The position numbers and the translations under genes were made by a program. The notes under the pieces are model-generated. The model was not told the origin of the DNA and ran no database searches. It saw only the letters and a program-made list of their open reading frames with translations. Positions 63,761 through 64,000 of a stretch of 64,000 nucleotides of DNA are shown piece after piece (within the stretch, counting starts at the first letter, position 1; each line of letters begins with the position of its first letter). Source of the stretch: Lingula anatina (Eukaryota > Animalia > Brachiopoda); NCBI GenBank assembly GCA_051362555.1, contig CM120649.1, positions 8,618,001 through 8,682,000 on the forward strand, in the 5' to 3' direction.

Positions 63761-64000
63761 TTTAATAATCTACATGGGCGTAACTAGGCATACGCACAGA
63801 TGCACTGTGCGTACAATTTTTTGGCCAACCATGCTATTATTTCATATAAATTTTCACGGAATATAAAGAAATCCTCTGCTTATTAAAGTCACCTATATGA
63901 ACAAATCCTCTGTATCAAAATCCAAGAACTAGGTCACACGATGAAGTTGGAGCTGTGTTCCAAGCATAATTAGATATTTTGAGGATACATTAAATGAATA

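Overview
AT-rich, repeat-dense animal (invertebrate, probably mollusc-like; inferred from TE types only) genomic DNA with spliceosomal introns, so the ORF track misses most real genes. The one apparently intact host gene is on the minus strand, has 9 coding exons (5278-8284) and gives about 238 aa when spliced by hand. It encodes an N-terminal CBM20 starch/glycogen-binding domain, a run of duplicated symmetric phase-1 micro-exons and a basic amphipathic Cys-containing C-terminal tail. Other content: (1) a ~3 kb promoter/first-exon block duplicated about 36.9 kb downstream, whose second copy carries a 62-bp mini-insertion at the TATA box and a Crypton-like tyrosine-recombinase fragment with a terminal hairpin; (2) a 12 kb ~195-bp satellite with a 1344-bp higher-order repeat that has amplified an exon-like, UNC-93-like segment and is interrupted by two Helentron-type (HINE) elements carrying 146-bp DR1-containing tandem repeats; (3) a decayed Ulp1-protease/PHD transposon gene; (4) a nested TE stack at 48.3-60 kb (Tx1 LINE > mariner > foldback element > intact Gypsy LTR element with identical LTRs, plus a Harbinger-type element with a Myb/SANT gene); (5) several minisatellites and MITEs. 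All calls come from reading the sequence by eye; no searches were run.
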